NCBI RefSeq assembly: GCF_006345805.1 | Contig: NC_043002.1 | Span: 83,266,001 to 83,330,000 of the forward strand | DNA length: 64,000 nucleotides | Source of the DNA: Octopus sinensis | Taxonomy: Eukaryota | Direction of reading: 5' to 3' | In this document: positions 46,735 to 64,000 of the stretch, in pieces | How the letters are laid out: the number at the start of each line of letters is the position of its first letter | Numbering within the stretch: the first letter of the stretch is position 1 | Made by a program: the position numbers and the translations under genes | Notes under the pieces: model-generated | Seen by the model: the letters and a program-made list of their open reading frames with translations, nothing else | Told to the model about the DNA's origin: nothing | Database searches by the model: none

Positions 46735-49380
46735 GCAAAGAAGAAACAGGAGGCCCGCACAATGTGGAATAAAACGGCGATAATAATTAAGACCAAGGAA
46801 CTGTCGAAGCTGTCGCAAAGAAGTAGGTGGAGGAATATCCTGAAGAGCTTTCACTTTGTCTAGTGCCGATGATGTGGCCCATAAAGACAAGTGAAGACGC
46901 ACCAAAAGCGCACTTCGCTGGGTTAATGCAAACTTGGTACTGCCTAAATCGTTCAAAAAGTAGGCGGAGGTTAGTGATATGTTCTTCTGACGAAGCACTC
47001 GCAACTAGAATGTTGTCGATATAAGAGTATACGAAATCAAAATCGCGAACGACCTCGTCAATGAAACGCTGGAAAGTACTTGCAGCATTACCTAACCCAA
47101 AATTCAAATGCTCCAAAAGGGATTATCATGGCAGTCTTTGGTATATCAACAAGATTCACTGGCATTGGATGGTAAGCTTTGAGCAGGTACAATTTCGGAA
47201 AGATGGTACATCCGTGGAGAGAAGAAGCTAAATCTTGAAAGTGAGGGATCGAATATCGACAGTGATCGAATTTAAACGCCAAAAGTTTCCAGTCGGACAC
47301 CTATCTCCGGAGCATTTCGATACCATATGTAATGGAGAAGCCCATGAACTGGAAGAAGGGTGAATGATCCCTAATTGCAACATATGATTACACTCTGCCT
47401 TGACCGCTTTCAATTTCTCCTGGGGGAGACGACGAGGGCGAGAAAAGACAGGAGCACCTTTGGTTTCAATAAAATGTTTGATAGAGTGAGCTGGAGTATT
47501 CACTACAAAGTTCAAATTGGTTAATTCCAGAAAGGAATGTAGAGGCGATTGCTATGGGTCATCAGAAGCAGCGATAAAGAAATCTGGACTGATTGCCAGG
47601 ATCGACGGTTTACGACCAAAAACGGAAAGATCTGTATTCGCGCGCAATAAACGACGTGCACGCATATCCACAAGAAGATTGTAGTGGTGTAAGAAATCAG
47701 CGCACAGGACAGGATATGGCAGATCCCCAACGATGAAAACCCAGGTAAGATCTCTACGCATATCCAGGTCCAAAGAGCGAGAGATTAGGCCATAAGTAGG
47801 AATATCAGAATAATTGACAGCTTGCAGAGAAATTGGTGAAAGCGGAGGGTTTGTCCTTAAGAAGCTTCAAGGGCCAAATACTACAAGCTACCCCAGTATC
47901 AATCAGACAGTCTACATGTGAAGACGAATCCGTAACAAAGAATGCGCGGTTATGAGTGTGCGTTGGCGGGGGAAGTGACGTACTCAGTTCCCCAGCGAAG
48001 AGTTTCCCGACTTAGAAAAAGAACAAGGCTGTTTACACTGGCGTGCGGAGGTACCGAAACGTCTGTGATACTACAAAACGACGATTAAAATGAAGGAGAA
48101 CGAGGATGTGACGAAAAAGAATGATTTCGTGACCGACGTCGAGGAGACTGAGTGCGCGAGACACGTAAGAGTTACAGTTCTCTAGTAAGATCCAATACTG
48201 CTTTCAGCGTAACTGCTGAAGTGGGCTCCTTATCCGACGACAACGAAGCAACTTACCGAAAGGAAGAAGAAGAGCTTGCAGGTGGTCCCAACGAAGTAGA
48301 CGTTGCAGGGTTGCCAGTATAATCCATGATTTTGTCTGCAGAAGAAGCTAGTTGATCAGTCAAACTGGTTTCAGTCATAGGCGCCAAAATAGCTTGAACA
48401 TTAGGTGGTATCCTGGAGAAAAAGAGTTGTTTGATCATTACACTATCTGCAGGCGCATTTTCAGCTAGTTCCTTCATTCGTTGTTATAGCTGTGAATGTG
48501 TACGATCACCAAGCTGTTCATCGTTCACTAATGTGCGAAATTTCTACTCTGCCGATAAAGAATTTCGTCGTAAGATCTCTGTTTTAACACTGTAATAAGT
48601 GGCATCTGCTGGCGGGTCGGCAATGAGATCCTTAACTGTCGACGTTAAAGAAGCTGGTATAGCACTGAGTAATATGTGGAGCTGTTGTGCCTCCGAGGAT
48701 ATGGTATTAGCCGCAAAATGTGACTCCATCTGGGCAAATCATACGCGAACATCGCCGGTAAAATTCGGCAATGAGTTGCTACCCATGATGGAAGGACAGT
48801 GCAAAACTTGGATAAGAAGAACATCAGCCATAGCAGCTAGGAACATTGGATCTGCCGAAGAAGGTTAGGAAGAAATAATGTCTTCCTACTTGAAAAATGA
48901 AAGGTTTCGTTCCCCTGGAGATGAATATACGCCGAACTGATGAGAAAAGAAGAATAAATCTTTCATCGAAGTGTTGTAAAAATTACGAGGTCACGGCACA
49001 TGGCAAATCCAAGACAGGCGCATTTAATAGAGAGAATCCGCGGCATTTGGCGTGCGCATCTACTGCGCATGCTCAGAGCGGTAAATTCACGGGAAAAACC
49101 AACGAGGCAGATGAAGACAGGCGCCAAGTTGGACTAAGCTTCAAGCTGTATTCACTGGCATAAAACGTTGATAGTTGACATTTTGGGAGAAAAATATTTC
49201 AAAAGGAGATTATTTGAAAGAACACAGTGTATTTTCTTGGAAGAAGGATGCATACTCTCTCTTGTGCAAGTTCGAGATGAAGAAGATGAATTATTCAAGA
49301 TGGTTCATTTGAATCACCAACATTTAGTGGAGATGCGAGCGAAGACTGCAATTCTTTTAGCTCGGGGTCACCAATTTTTA
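46735..49380 (-). mobile_element. Ty3/Gypsy CsRn1-like retrotransposon remnant (PBS, gag, protease, RT; RNase H and integrase missing)
   Basis: PBS TGGTGACCCCGA (49373..49362). Gag FAQMESHF..; xxYHRRFGTSARQCKQPC (decayed CHCC). Protease LIDTG. RT SSSSWASPLHMV, FGLGNAASTFQRFID, YSYIDNILV, NPAKC. Many frameshifts. Confidence 0.9.
49362..49373 (-). promoter_or_regulatory. Primer-binding site (tRNA-Trp-like)
   Basis: TGGTGACCCCGA is complementary to a tRNA-Trp 3' end ...UCGGGGUCACCA. Confidence 0.7.
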
Positions 49381-50254
49381 GTGAATAGACACTAAAATAA
49401 TACCTGACTTTTTATAGCAGCAGTAGTATAATACCTTGTAATGCAATAATCGACAACGTTAATAGAACATAATAATTTATTATAAGAGTAAATGACGATA
49501 GCATTAAATCAAGGTTTGCTTGATAGCTTACAAGGTATAACATTCAGAGGTATGGTATAATAGTGTCCTAAGTGAACAAAAGAATAGTTTGAGCTACTCG
49601 TTATAGGGTCACAAATCCAGAAGAAGGTGTATGCAGCATAAATAACATGTAACACTGTAAAATGTGAACAGGATAAATGTTCGCGCAGTCCATAAATAGT
49701 TATTTAGTTCTAGAGTGTTTCTTCCTTCGATATTGTCCACGAGGTAGAGATGAGCTCCGACAGCGACATGACAAATTACGTCCGATTTTCTTGGAGGCTC
49801 GGCTGGGACTGGTTAAACTTTTCCCAAGATTTTGTAATAGGCGGCAGTGTGTATCTATGCGTGAGGTAAAGCGGTTGGCTACACTAACCAAATCACATAT
49901 AGATGGATAACAGTTCCGCCAAGTGGAAATAGTGCTCCTACAGCGCCAAATATATCTTTTAGAAAATGGAGGAATCATCGATATAGAGCGTGGAGCTCAA
50001 AATACAAAAAATACAGAATTTTCCATTGCATGAAAATTTAGCAACAAAGCCTTTTATTGAGTGGTCACATGAAAGCCTGTGAACAAAAGAAGAAACGCAG
50101 CTCGGGGTATTCTGAGGGTTTGTTAAAGTTTTTGACAAAGCGCAACTGTCATAAAAGTGCAACTCAATATTGGGGAAAAGAACCTCGAGAGAATATACTT
50201 CTCTCCGTTAGTGTAAAATAGATGTACTCAGCTGATTGTTTCTACAATTCACCA

Positions 50255-50900
50255 CAAATTGTTATCATCATCCTTCGACCAATCAATGGTTGGTCGGAAC
50301 TCCATTGACAATTCCTTTTCACACTGCACAGTCCTGCATTGCTGTGTTCAGATCTCTAATTTCCAGCCCTGAGTCCCGAGATATAGTATCTGGAAATGTC
50401 AGTTTCCTGGAGAAAACACTCCAGATGGATGCCATAGGCGCAGGGATGAGATAACCTCTTTCTCTGCTCGATGACAATGGCCAGCCGTTTCTGCTTTAGC
50501 TTGAGGGATATTGGTATCAGATTTCCGCAGATGTTACTGTGTTTGGTGTGATCTCCAACTGATGGTCTGTATCTTTCTGAGCAGGTTGGTATATGTTCCA
50601 TGGAGTTGTTTTTCTAAGAGAGCCGATAAGGTCCAGGTCTTTGATCCATAGAGAATGACCGTCTCAGTCAGTGTTCTAAATATTTTAACTTTTAACGTGG
50701 GTGGAAGGTTTGAGTGCCAGACCTTATCAAGTCTGTTACATGCATCCCAAGCAAGAGCTTTGCGGATGCGAAAGTCCTTTTCGGAGTCTACTACGTGTGA
50801 TCTAAGATATTTGAAGTCGCCAACGTTTTTGATTGATATGTTATTGAGCGATTTAAGTTCAGTTAACTTGGGTGAGGTCGTGATAAAAGAATTATCAAAT
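50255..50900 (-). mobile_element. RTE-clade LINE 3' fragment
   Basis: NVGDFKYLRSH..DFRIRKALAWDACNRLDKVWHSNL..LKVKIFRTL..ILYGSKTWTLS and later FPDTISRDSGLE..AMQDCAVWKGIV; short GAT-rich tail. Confidence 0.8.
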
Positions 50901-52248
50901 TGTTATACAACATTCATAAAGCACTCCTAAAAGCAAATACATCCAGTCACTTTACACAATTGCTTTCTGTTCAGCGTTCCGTAGACAAAAGCTGAACGTC
51001 ACTATATTAGTAGTTGCCAAATTTGAATCTGAAACTAGATATAATTCCATAAGGTTTGATGGTGCAACCAGGCATAGAAGGCAAATGCTAGATCAAATTT
51101 TAACTTTTTATTTCTTGCGCTTTGCTTCAATTTTGTATAATTTTTTTAATTCTAAGTGACCATGCCCAAAGGCAGCTCCAAATTCCTACCAGAAAATTTA
51201 AAGCTACTACTGGTTATTTAAAGGCCTTTAAAAGTTATTTTCAAGCACTTGAGAATCATTAGCTAGAGAATTATTGGAGACGGGCCGAGACTATGTAGCA
51301 GTTTCAAATAGAAAAACGTCCCAGGTAGACTTAAAAAAAAAACTACTCTTGGTGAAAAGGCTAAAGATGTAGGATAAAATTATCAAAGATTGGAAGAAAC
51401 TATTGATCGTCTCCAAATAAAATGGAAGAAATATTTGTTCACGTCATTTGCAAACACACTCTCACACGTACACACGTATATATTTAGATGTGTGTGTGTG
51501 TGTGTGTATGTGTGAGTGTGTGTGTGAGTGTGTGAGTGTGTATTTATGTCTGTGTTTTCAAAATTAGCAACACCAATAGTAACGAAGACAATGTGCAGGT
51601 AAGGTGTAATAATTGGACGCTCAATCATGCCTTTGACATTTTGAGCAAAAGCTCTTCGAAAGTTATATAATTAGACCGGAAGAATATAGTTGAAGTAAAG
51701 AATACATACACGAGTGACAGAAACATGCGTTGTTCTGTGTCAAGTCTTGCTGCAAAGGCCAGGAGTCAGAAAACTGAAAGTGAGTCAGAATAAATGACGG
51801 TTCAAAAGCAACAAAGGTAAACTAGGCATGCGTGTATACATGTATGTATGTATGTATGTATGTATGTATGTATGTATGTATGTATGTATGTATGTATGTG
51901 AAGGTGTAAGCGTGTATGCGTGCGTGTGTGTTTGATTACATACAAGCATCCTCATTGGTCCAACAGGTGTTCTGCCGTATCTTTGGATAAGTTTTCTTTT
52001 CTCTCTCACCGAGAATATATCTAAGTAGTCTCTTTTATCTCTTTTACCTGTTTAAGACATTTTGACTGCGGCCATGCTGGAGCACCGCCTTTAATCGAGC
52101 AAATCGACCCCAGGACTTATTCTTTGTTAATCTAGTACTTATTCTATCGGTTTCTTTTGCCGAACCGCTAAGTTAGGGGAACGTAAACACACCACCATCG
52201 GTTGTCAAGCGATGTTGGGGGGACAAACACAGACACACAAACATAAAA

Positions 52249-52323
<75 letters not shown>

Positions 52324-52973
52324 TATGACGGGCTTCTTTCAATTTCCGTCTACCAAATCCACTCACAAGGCTTTGGTCGGTCTGTGGATATAGTAGAAGA
52401 CACTTACCCATGTGGTTGGTAATCAAGCTACTTACCATACAGCCACTCCTGCGCCTACAGAAAAAAATGAAAAAAAAATACCTGTAATAGACTAGTGCTC
52501 TGCAACCGGCATGCCGCGACACACTGATGTGCCACAAAACGATGCTAAGTGTGCCGCAGTGTACCCTGAATGTAATTTTTTCTCTTATACCTTTAGTTAT
52601 ATTTTTAGTTCCGGTGTGCCTCTGAATTTTGAAAAGAATATAAGTGTGCCGCAAGTGGAAAGGGTTGTGGAGCACTAATTGGCGAATTATTTTGTACTAA
52701 AGGAGCAACAGCTAATTTCTTGTTGTGTAGACCCTGGTAGCTACGACAGGATTAATTAAAATAGAAGGAAAGAATATATTTAATAATGTTTGGATCTTTG
52801 TCTTTAGTTCAATTAACTAAATTTAATATTGTCTGTTTTCAGTTACAGTCACTGTACCTAAAAACTTGTGTTTTTAATTGGAATAATAATATTCGACCGT
52901 GAAATAATTGTATTTGACAATGTTTGTTTCCTATTGAAATAAATGTATCTGATTATAAATTGGGGTGGGGTTT

Positions 52974-53131
52974 GAATCAGATAAAGCTACAAATAATAGC
53001 GTGTAAATAAATATTAGCTTAAAAAAACTTTTGGGGTAGAAAAAGTCGAAGTCCCTCGAGAAGCCTTCGACCATTTTTCTTATTATCCAAAAGGGTATTT
53101 ACACGCTATTATGTGTAGTTTTATCTGATTC
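52974..53131. mobile_element. Small palindromic MITE
   Basis: GAATCAGATAAAGCTACAAATAATAGCGTGTAAATA.. inverted to ..TATTTACACGCTATTATGTGTAGTTTTATCTGATTC. Confidence 0.7.
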
Positions 53132-53649
53132 GAGTATCACAGTTAACAAAAAAAAAAATGAATAGAAAAAAGAATTATTTCACGTTCTCACGAACTTTCT
53201 AAATACTTAGCTGGCAGAATCGTTAGCTCGCCGGGCGAAATGCTTAGCCGTATTTCGTCTGCCGTTACGTTCTGTGTTCAAATTCCGCCGAGGTCGACTT
53301 TGCCTTTCATCCTTTCGGGGTCGATTAAATAAGTACCAGTTACGCACTGGGGTCGATGTAATCGACTTAATCCATTTGTCTGTCCTTGTTTGTCCTCTCT
53401 ATGTTTAGTCCCTTGTGGGTAGTAAAGAAATAGGTATTTCGACTGCCGTTACATTCTGAGTTCAAATTCCGCTGAGGTCGACTTTGCCTTTCATCCTTTC
53501 GGGGTCAATTAAATAAATACCAGTTACGCACTAGGATCGGTATAATCGACTAAAATCCATTTGTCTGTCCTTGTTTATTCCCTCTATGTTTAGCTCCCTG
53601 TGGGCAATGAAGAAATGAATATAATCAATAATACTTTTTGGTGGAATAG

Positions 53650-54115
53650 CTTATTTAAATGTTTGTTTTCAGTTGAAAGAATTATATTTAATAACGTTTG
53701 TTTTAAGGTAAAATAATTATATCTAATAAAGTTTGTTTTCAGGTGAAACGATTTATATTTAATAATATTTGTTTTCAGTTGAAATATAATTATATTCAAT
53801 AAAGTTTAGTTTTTCAAATGAAAAATGTTCAACAATTTTTTTCTTTTAGTTGAAATAACTGTATTAAATAATGTTCGTTTTCGTTTAAAATCATTATTTT
53901 TAGTAATGTTCGTTCTCAGTTGGAATTATTGCATCTAATAATGTTTGTTTTTGCTTGTATTTTCTGAAATGATTATATTTTACAATGTTTGGAATTAGCT
54001 GAAAAGATTATACTTAATATTATATTTAATAATGCTTGTCTTCATTAGAAATATAATAATGTTTGTTTTCACTTGAAATATAGTTAATAATGTTTATTTT
54101 CAGTTGAAATATCGA
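53650..54115. repeat. Degenerate ~35-bp AT-rich minisatellite (~13 units)
   Basis: Consensus about TAATAATGTTTGTTTTCAGTTGAAATAATTATATT. Confidence 0.8.
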
Positions 54116-54617
54116 GCTGAGTACTAATATAACTGTTCCGAATCAATAGCTATAAAACAAGTTGTCAACGAAAATCAATTGATTTCATTGATTCACGATG
54201 ACTTCTTTATTTGTTGGTGAGAAAGTTCTTATATAACACCGATTGGCTTATTTGATGTCTCATCCTTCCCAAATTATTTATATCTCCTTTGAAATCGTTA
54301 AAATATATTATATTTTGTCCACATGTACAAATTGACTGTTCTATTTCTATAACTGTTGAATTTACGTGGCTCTTTTTCAGCAATGAAACAGGTGTAATGA
54401 TGTTGATTGGTGTAGAATTCAACTAGATATCGTGGCACTATCATCTTTTACCACTTCTTTATAAAAGAACTATCGTGTTCTTTTCCTCAGTGAGAAGAAA
54501 CAAAAAAGCCAATCAGAAGGTAAGTAATTTGTTCTTTCTGAGTATTGTCTTATATTCTTGCATAATGCAAGTTAAAATTGTCTTCACCGACCGAAGTTAC
54601 AACACTATGCAAACATG

Positions 54618-54667
<50 letters not shown>

Positions 54668-54668
<1 letters not shown>

Positions 54669-54916
54669 GTGCCCTTTTTAAGCCTAGCCAGGTTCATGGG
54701 CTCGGTTTCCCGGTTTCTATAGCGTATGTGTTCCCCAGCTGGACGGGACGCCAGTCCATCGCAGCGTTACTCATTTTTGCCAGTTGAGTGGACTGGAGCA
54801 ACGTGAAATGAAATGTTTTGCTCAAGAACACAACGCGTCGCCCGGTCCAGGAATCGAAGCCACAATCTTACGATCATGATTCTGACACCCTAACCACTAA
54901 GCCACGCGCCTCCACT
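54668..54916 (-). mobile_element. tRNA-derived SINE family E
   Basis: Reverse-complement head GTGGAGGCGCGTGGCTTAGTGGTTAGGGTGTCAG..GGCTTCGATTCCTGG; related copies at about 14630-14875 and 31090-31290. Confidence 0.75.
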
Positions 54917-55369
<453 letters not shown>

Positions 55370-56425
55370 GTCTGCATTGTGTTGTATATATATATATTGC
55401 TTTCTCGATAATGATATAATTTCATGCAGATGGTTGAGATGGCTTCGTATACAATCAAACAAGTTTTCAAATATGCCTCTGACTAGTTAGCAATCTTATA
55501 GAATACTTTATGGTCAATATTTTGGTCCAAGAATATCAACGTCGATTCTGAGATATCCAAAAGTTTTTTTTTTTTATTGACCACTGCAATGTTAGATTTT
55601 CTGTTCCTTGAACCAGTTCATTTGGATATGGAATTTTATTGGATATGAATTTTATTTTTCATTATACAAGACTATGAACAATTATATGTCGGTACCAGGT
55701 ACCATACTGTATTTTTTCTTTGCCATAGATTCTAACGGAGTCGGAGCACATTTTGTTGCGGAGGACCTTCTCATTCTTGGAGGCTAGAATTTTGCAATCA
55801 CTCTTTTGGTCATATAAATTTAAGACCAGTTCAAATGTTTTTGTCTTATGTAAGAATCTTTGCTTTACGACAAACTGCATATTTGAACTAGTTTGAAGTT
55901 TATATACTTTCCGTAACTCTTTTGCACATCTACTCACGTATCTGTTCCGACCTGACAACCAATATGCTCTATCAATAAATAATATTTATTGAGTTACGAT
56001 AAAGGAAGTATTTCTTCCTAATCAACGTTGTCTCAGTTGGTATACGGTGCAGAAGAGAACAAATGAGTTCGAAATATATCTACCAATCCAACAGAGTGCA
56101 CTCTGAGCTGACTACGGTGTTTTAACACCTTTTTGTCTTGAGCGAGAACTTTATTTTCTCCACGACAAATTGCAGCGAAGAGCCTTTACAGGTTCAAATA
56201 TCTTTCAAATATATTCGAACTAGTTTTAAGTTTATTACTATTTATCAACGCACCAGTTTAGTTAACACGGCCAATTACTTTTCCTTCCATGTTATTATAG
56301 ATTTCATCTTGGTCTTTTCCGTTTCCTTTTCCAGATTTCCATCATTCCTCAAGAAATAGAAATATAACGAAAATAAACATTAAAAGAAACGTAAAAAGTA
56401 AAAAGAAAAATAAGAACAAACAATA

Positions 56426-61226
<4,801 letters not shown>

Positions 61227-61306
61227 GTAAACTACAGTTACATATTTTATATTTGCGCGTGCGTGAATGTTTGTGTGTGTGAATACAAGTTCTCGTTTGT
61301 CTACAG

Positions 61307-61507
61307 CAGTGCTTTTCAAACTTTTTGCTGGAGGGGAACCCCAAGAAAACATTTCACTGGCTCGAGGAACACCTGTGCAATAATTTAATTGTCTTATGCA
61401 CACATATCTGCACAGGAGAATTTAAAATTACTGTCGATTTTAGCATTTTTGTAACTTCTTGCAGAACCCCTGGACTGTACTGGCGGAACCCTGGTTGAAA
61501 ATCACTG
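61307..61507. mobile_element. hAT (Charlie-like) MITE in the cyclophilin intron
   Basis: TIRs CAGTGCTTTTCAA / TTGAAAATCACTG; perfect 8-bp TSD GTCTACAG. Confidence 0.92.
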
Positions 61508-62703
61508 GTCTACAGAGTATTATATTAGTAACGGTTTCAAATTTTTTAACAAGCAGCAATTTTGAGGGAGGTGGATAATGGATTACATCGATCCCAGTTT
61601 CCAACTGGTATTTATTTTTCGACCCCGAAAGGATGAAAGGCAAAGTCGACCTCGGCGGAATTTGAACTCAGAACGTAAGGAAACTAAATGCAGCTAAGCA
61701 TTTTGCCGGGCGTACTAACGATCCTGCTAGCTCGCCACCTTAATTATTATAACAATAATAATTTCTACTGTAGGCACAAGTAGAAGGGTGGGAGGGGACA
61801 GTCGATTATATTGGTCGTTGTGTTTCATTGGTACATAATATATCGCCCGCGAAAGGATGAAAGGCAAAGTTGACCTCTGCGGAATTTGAACTCAGAACGT
61901 AGTGACGGGCGAAATACCGCTTAGCATTTCATCCAGTGTGCTAACGATTCTACCAGCTCGCCGTCGTAAGTATTCTATTCTACTCTAGACACAAGGCCCG
62001 AAATTTTTAGTGAGGGAGTAAATCGATTAGATCGACCCCAGTATGCGATTGGTACTTAATTTATCGACCTCGAAAGGAATTTGAATTCAGAACGTAGAGA
62101 CAGACGAAATACTTATTTCTTTACTACCCACAAAGAGCTAAACACAGAGAGGACAAACAAGGACAGACAAACGGATTAAGTCGATTATATCGACCCCAGT
62201 GCGTAACTGGTACTTATTTAATCGACCCCGAAAGGATGAAAGGCAAAGTTAACCTCGGCGGAATTTGAACACAGAACGTAGCGGCAGACGAAATACGGCT
62301 GAACATTTCGCTCGGCGTGCTAACGTTTCTGCCAGCTCGCCGTCTTAGGTATTATATTACTAATGACATACAGGTTTGATCGCAATTAAAAAAAAAAGTC
62401 ATGGTCGTACAATACATAAGCACAAATATATGCTGGGCCATGCGTATCATTTATATTTATACTTAAGTACATGTATGCTTATACGTGTCTCTATAAATTA
62501 TTTTATTGTGTCTGGGGAGAGTCATTCTCTTTTAGTGCCATATTAATTTAACACACTCACCGGTTTCCACTCATCTATTCATTTTTACGAAATTTTCGTT
62601 GCGACTTGCAACCTTTTCAACAGTCGTTGACTCAGTCCGTTATCGAAATTGCGTTCCTTATTTTGTACGCATGCGTGTGCACTAATGGTGTGTGTGCATA
62701 CAC

Positions 62704-62734
<31 letters not shown>

Positions 62735-64000
62735 TGTATGTATGTATGTATGTATGTATGTATGCATGTAAGTGTGTGTGTGTATGTATGTGTGTGTATG
62801 TGTGTGTATGTATGTGTGTGTATATATGTGTGTGTATGCATCAGACATTCTCATTTGAAACTGCTAATGGCTCTTACCTATAACTTTATTATTTTTTCGA
62901 TCATGGAACCGCGTAACACATGTCTATTTCACTCACATTCTTCTTTAGCTTTTGTCAAACTGAAAAGTACTATTATCCCCAACTGGGGATGTTTCTTTAT
63001 TTTTATATTTTTCTCACATCTCTCTCCTCGATAGCGAAATGCCTAGCTTATGGAATCCTTACTCAGTGTCACGATCCACATGCTTGGCTATCCTAGAAAC
63101 ACTTGTAAAAGACTCTATTTATATTCTCTATCTAAATTAAATGTTTTCGAGAGATGCCTAATGTTTTGCTTTGTCATTATGTATGTATGTATGTATGTAT
63201 GTATGTATGTATGTATGTATGTATGTATGTCATTGTTCAGTTTTATTTCAAGATTTCTTGCCGAAAGAGAAAGAGCCTGTTTCTAAACTAGATCTAAGGC
63301 TCCTTCACTGGAATTTCAACATCAACAACAGGGTATTTCTGTACGTATATATGTATGCATGTATGTATGTATGTATGTATGTATGTATGTATGTATGTGT
63401 ATGTATGTATGTATGTATGTATGTATGTATATATATATGTGTGTGTGTGTGTGTATATATATGTAAGTATATATAAGTATGTATGTGTATATGTAAGTCT
63501 GAATGCATGTTTGTATGTATGTATGTATGTATGTATGTATGTATGTATGTGTATGTATGTGTGCAGGAGGTATGTATGTATGCATGTATGTATGTAAGTT
63601 TGAAAATAGTTAACTTCTGCTCGAGTTTATTGAACCATTAGATCGGAGCTTATTCCATTTTCATGGCGTTTGAGCATCTGAGAGTACAAGATTCCTCCCT
63701 GAATGTGGCAACAGTCCATTATAGTGCCGCTGGCACTCATTTTCAGATGAGTGGACATCATGAAACAAAGCACCTTGCTCAAGGACACAGCTCACTGTCT
63801 AGTCCAAGACTCGAAGCCGCAACCTTAGCCAGTAGTCCACGCACCCTCACACACACACACACACATACACACACATGCAAAGATGTGCAATAATGCATGC
63901 ATATATTCATGCATTCATACAATGCCTATATACTCTGATACTATATTAGATTATCAATACAATATTTCCCATATAGGAAATTAAGAATACCATTAATCAA

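Noticed and set aside
52493-52677. hAT-like MITE (TAGTGCTCTGCAACC / GGTTGTGGAGCACTA)
   Set aside because: The TIRs are plausible but no 8-bp TSD was found, so it was left out of the confident features.
55662-55958. 98-aa minus-strand ORF upstream of the cyclophilin
   Set aside because: It has no recognisable motif, a non-ATG start and no supporting splice structure.

Overview
This is AT-rich, microsatellite-dense, intron-rich animal DNA, not prokaryotic. The repeat families suggest an octopod cephalopod (inference). It carries three spliced protein genes on the + strand. Two are tandem FAXC/fax (metaxin-like GST fold) paralogues with identical exon sizes: copy 1 at 5755-13665, whose first coding exon I could not find, and a complete copy 2 at 28635-41968 (296 aa, N-terminal TM anchor). 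The third is the first two exons of a signal-peptide cyclophilin (56426-61226, continuing beyond the window). The rest is mobile DNA: two Ty3/Gypsy remnants with tRNA primer-binding sites, a Penelope-like remnant whose pseudo-LTRs carry minimal hammerhead ribozymes, a decayed hAT transposon with nested elements, RTE and CR1 LINE ends, several MITEs and at least five SINE-like families. The most unusual observations are an ~800-bp palindromic element with TTAGGG repeats flanked by a 75-bp target duplication, a 5S rRNA copy fused to a SINE 3' tail, a sense hammerhead 83 nt upstream of a FAXC splice acceptor, SINE concatemers with a recurring junction, and a candidate LTR promoter for FAXC copy 2. 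Almost all ORFs in the supplied track are microsatellite or SINE artefacts. All alignments were done by eye and no database searches were run.
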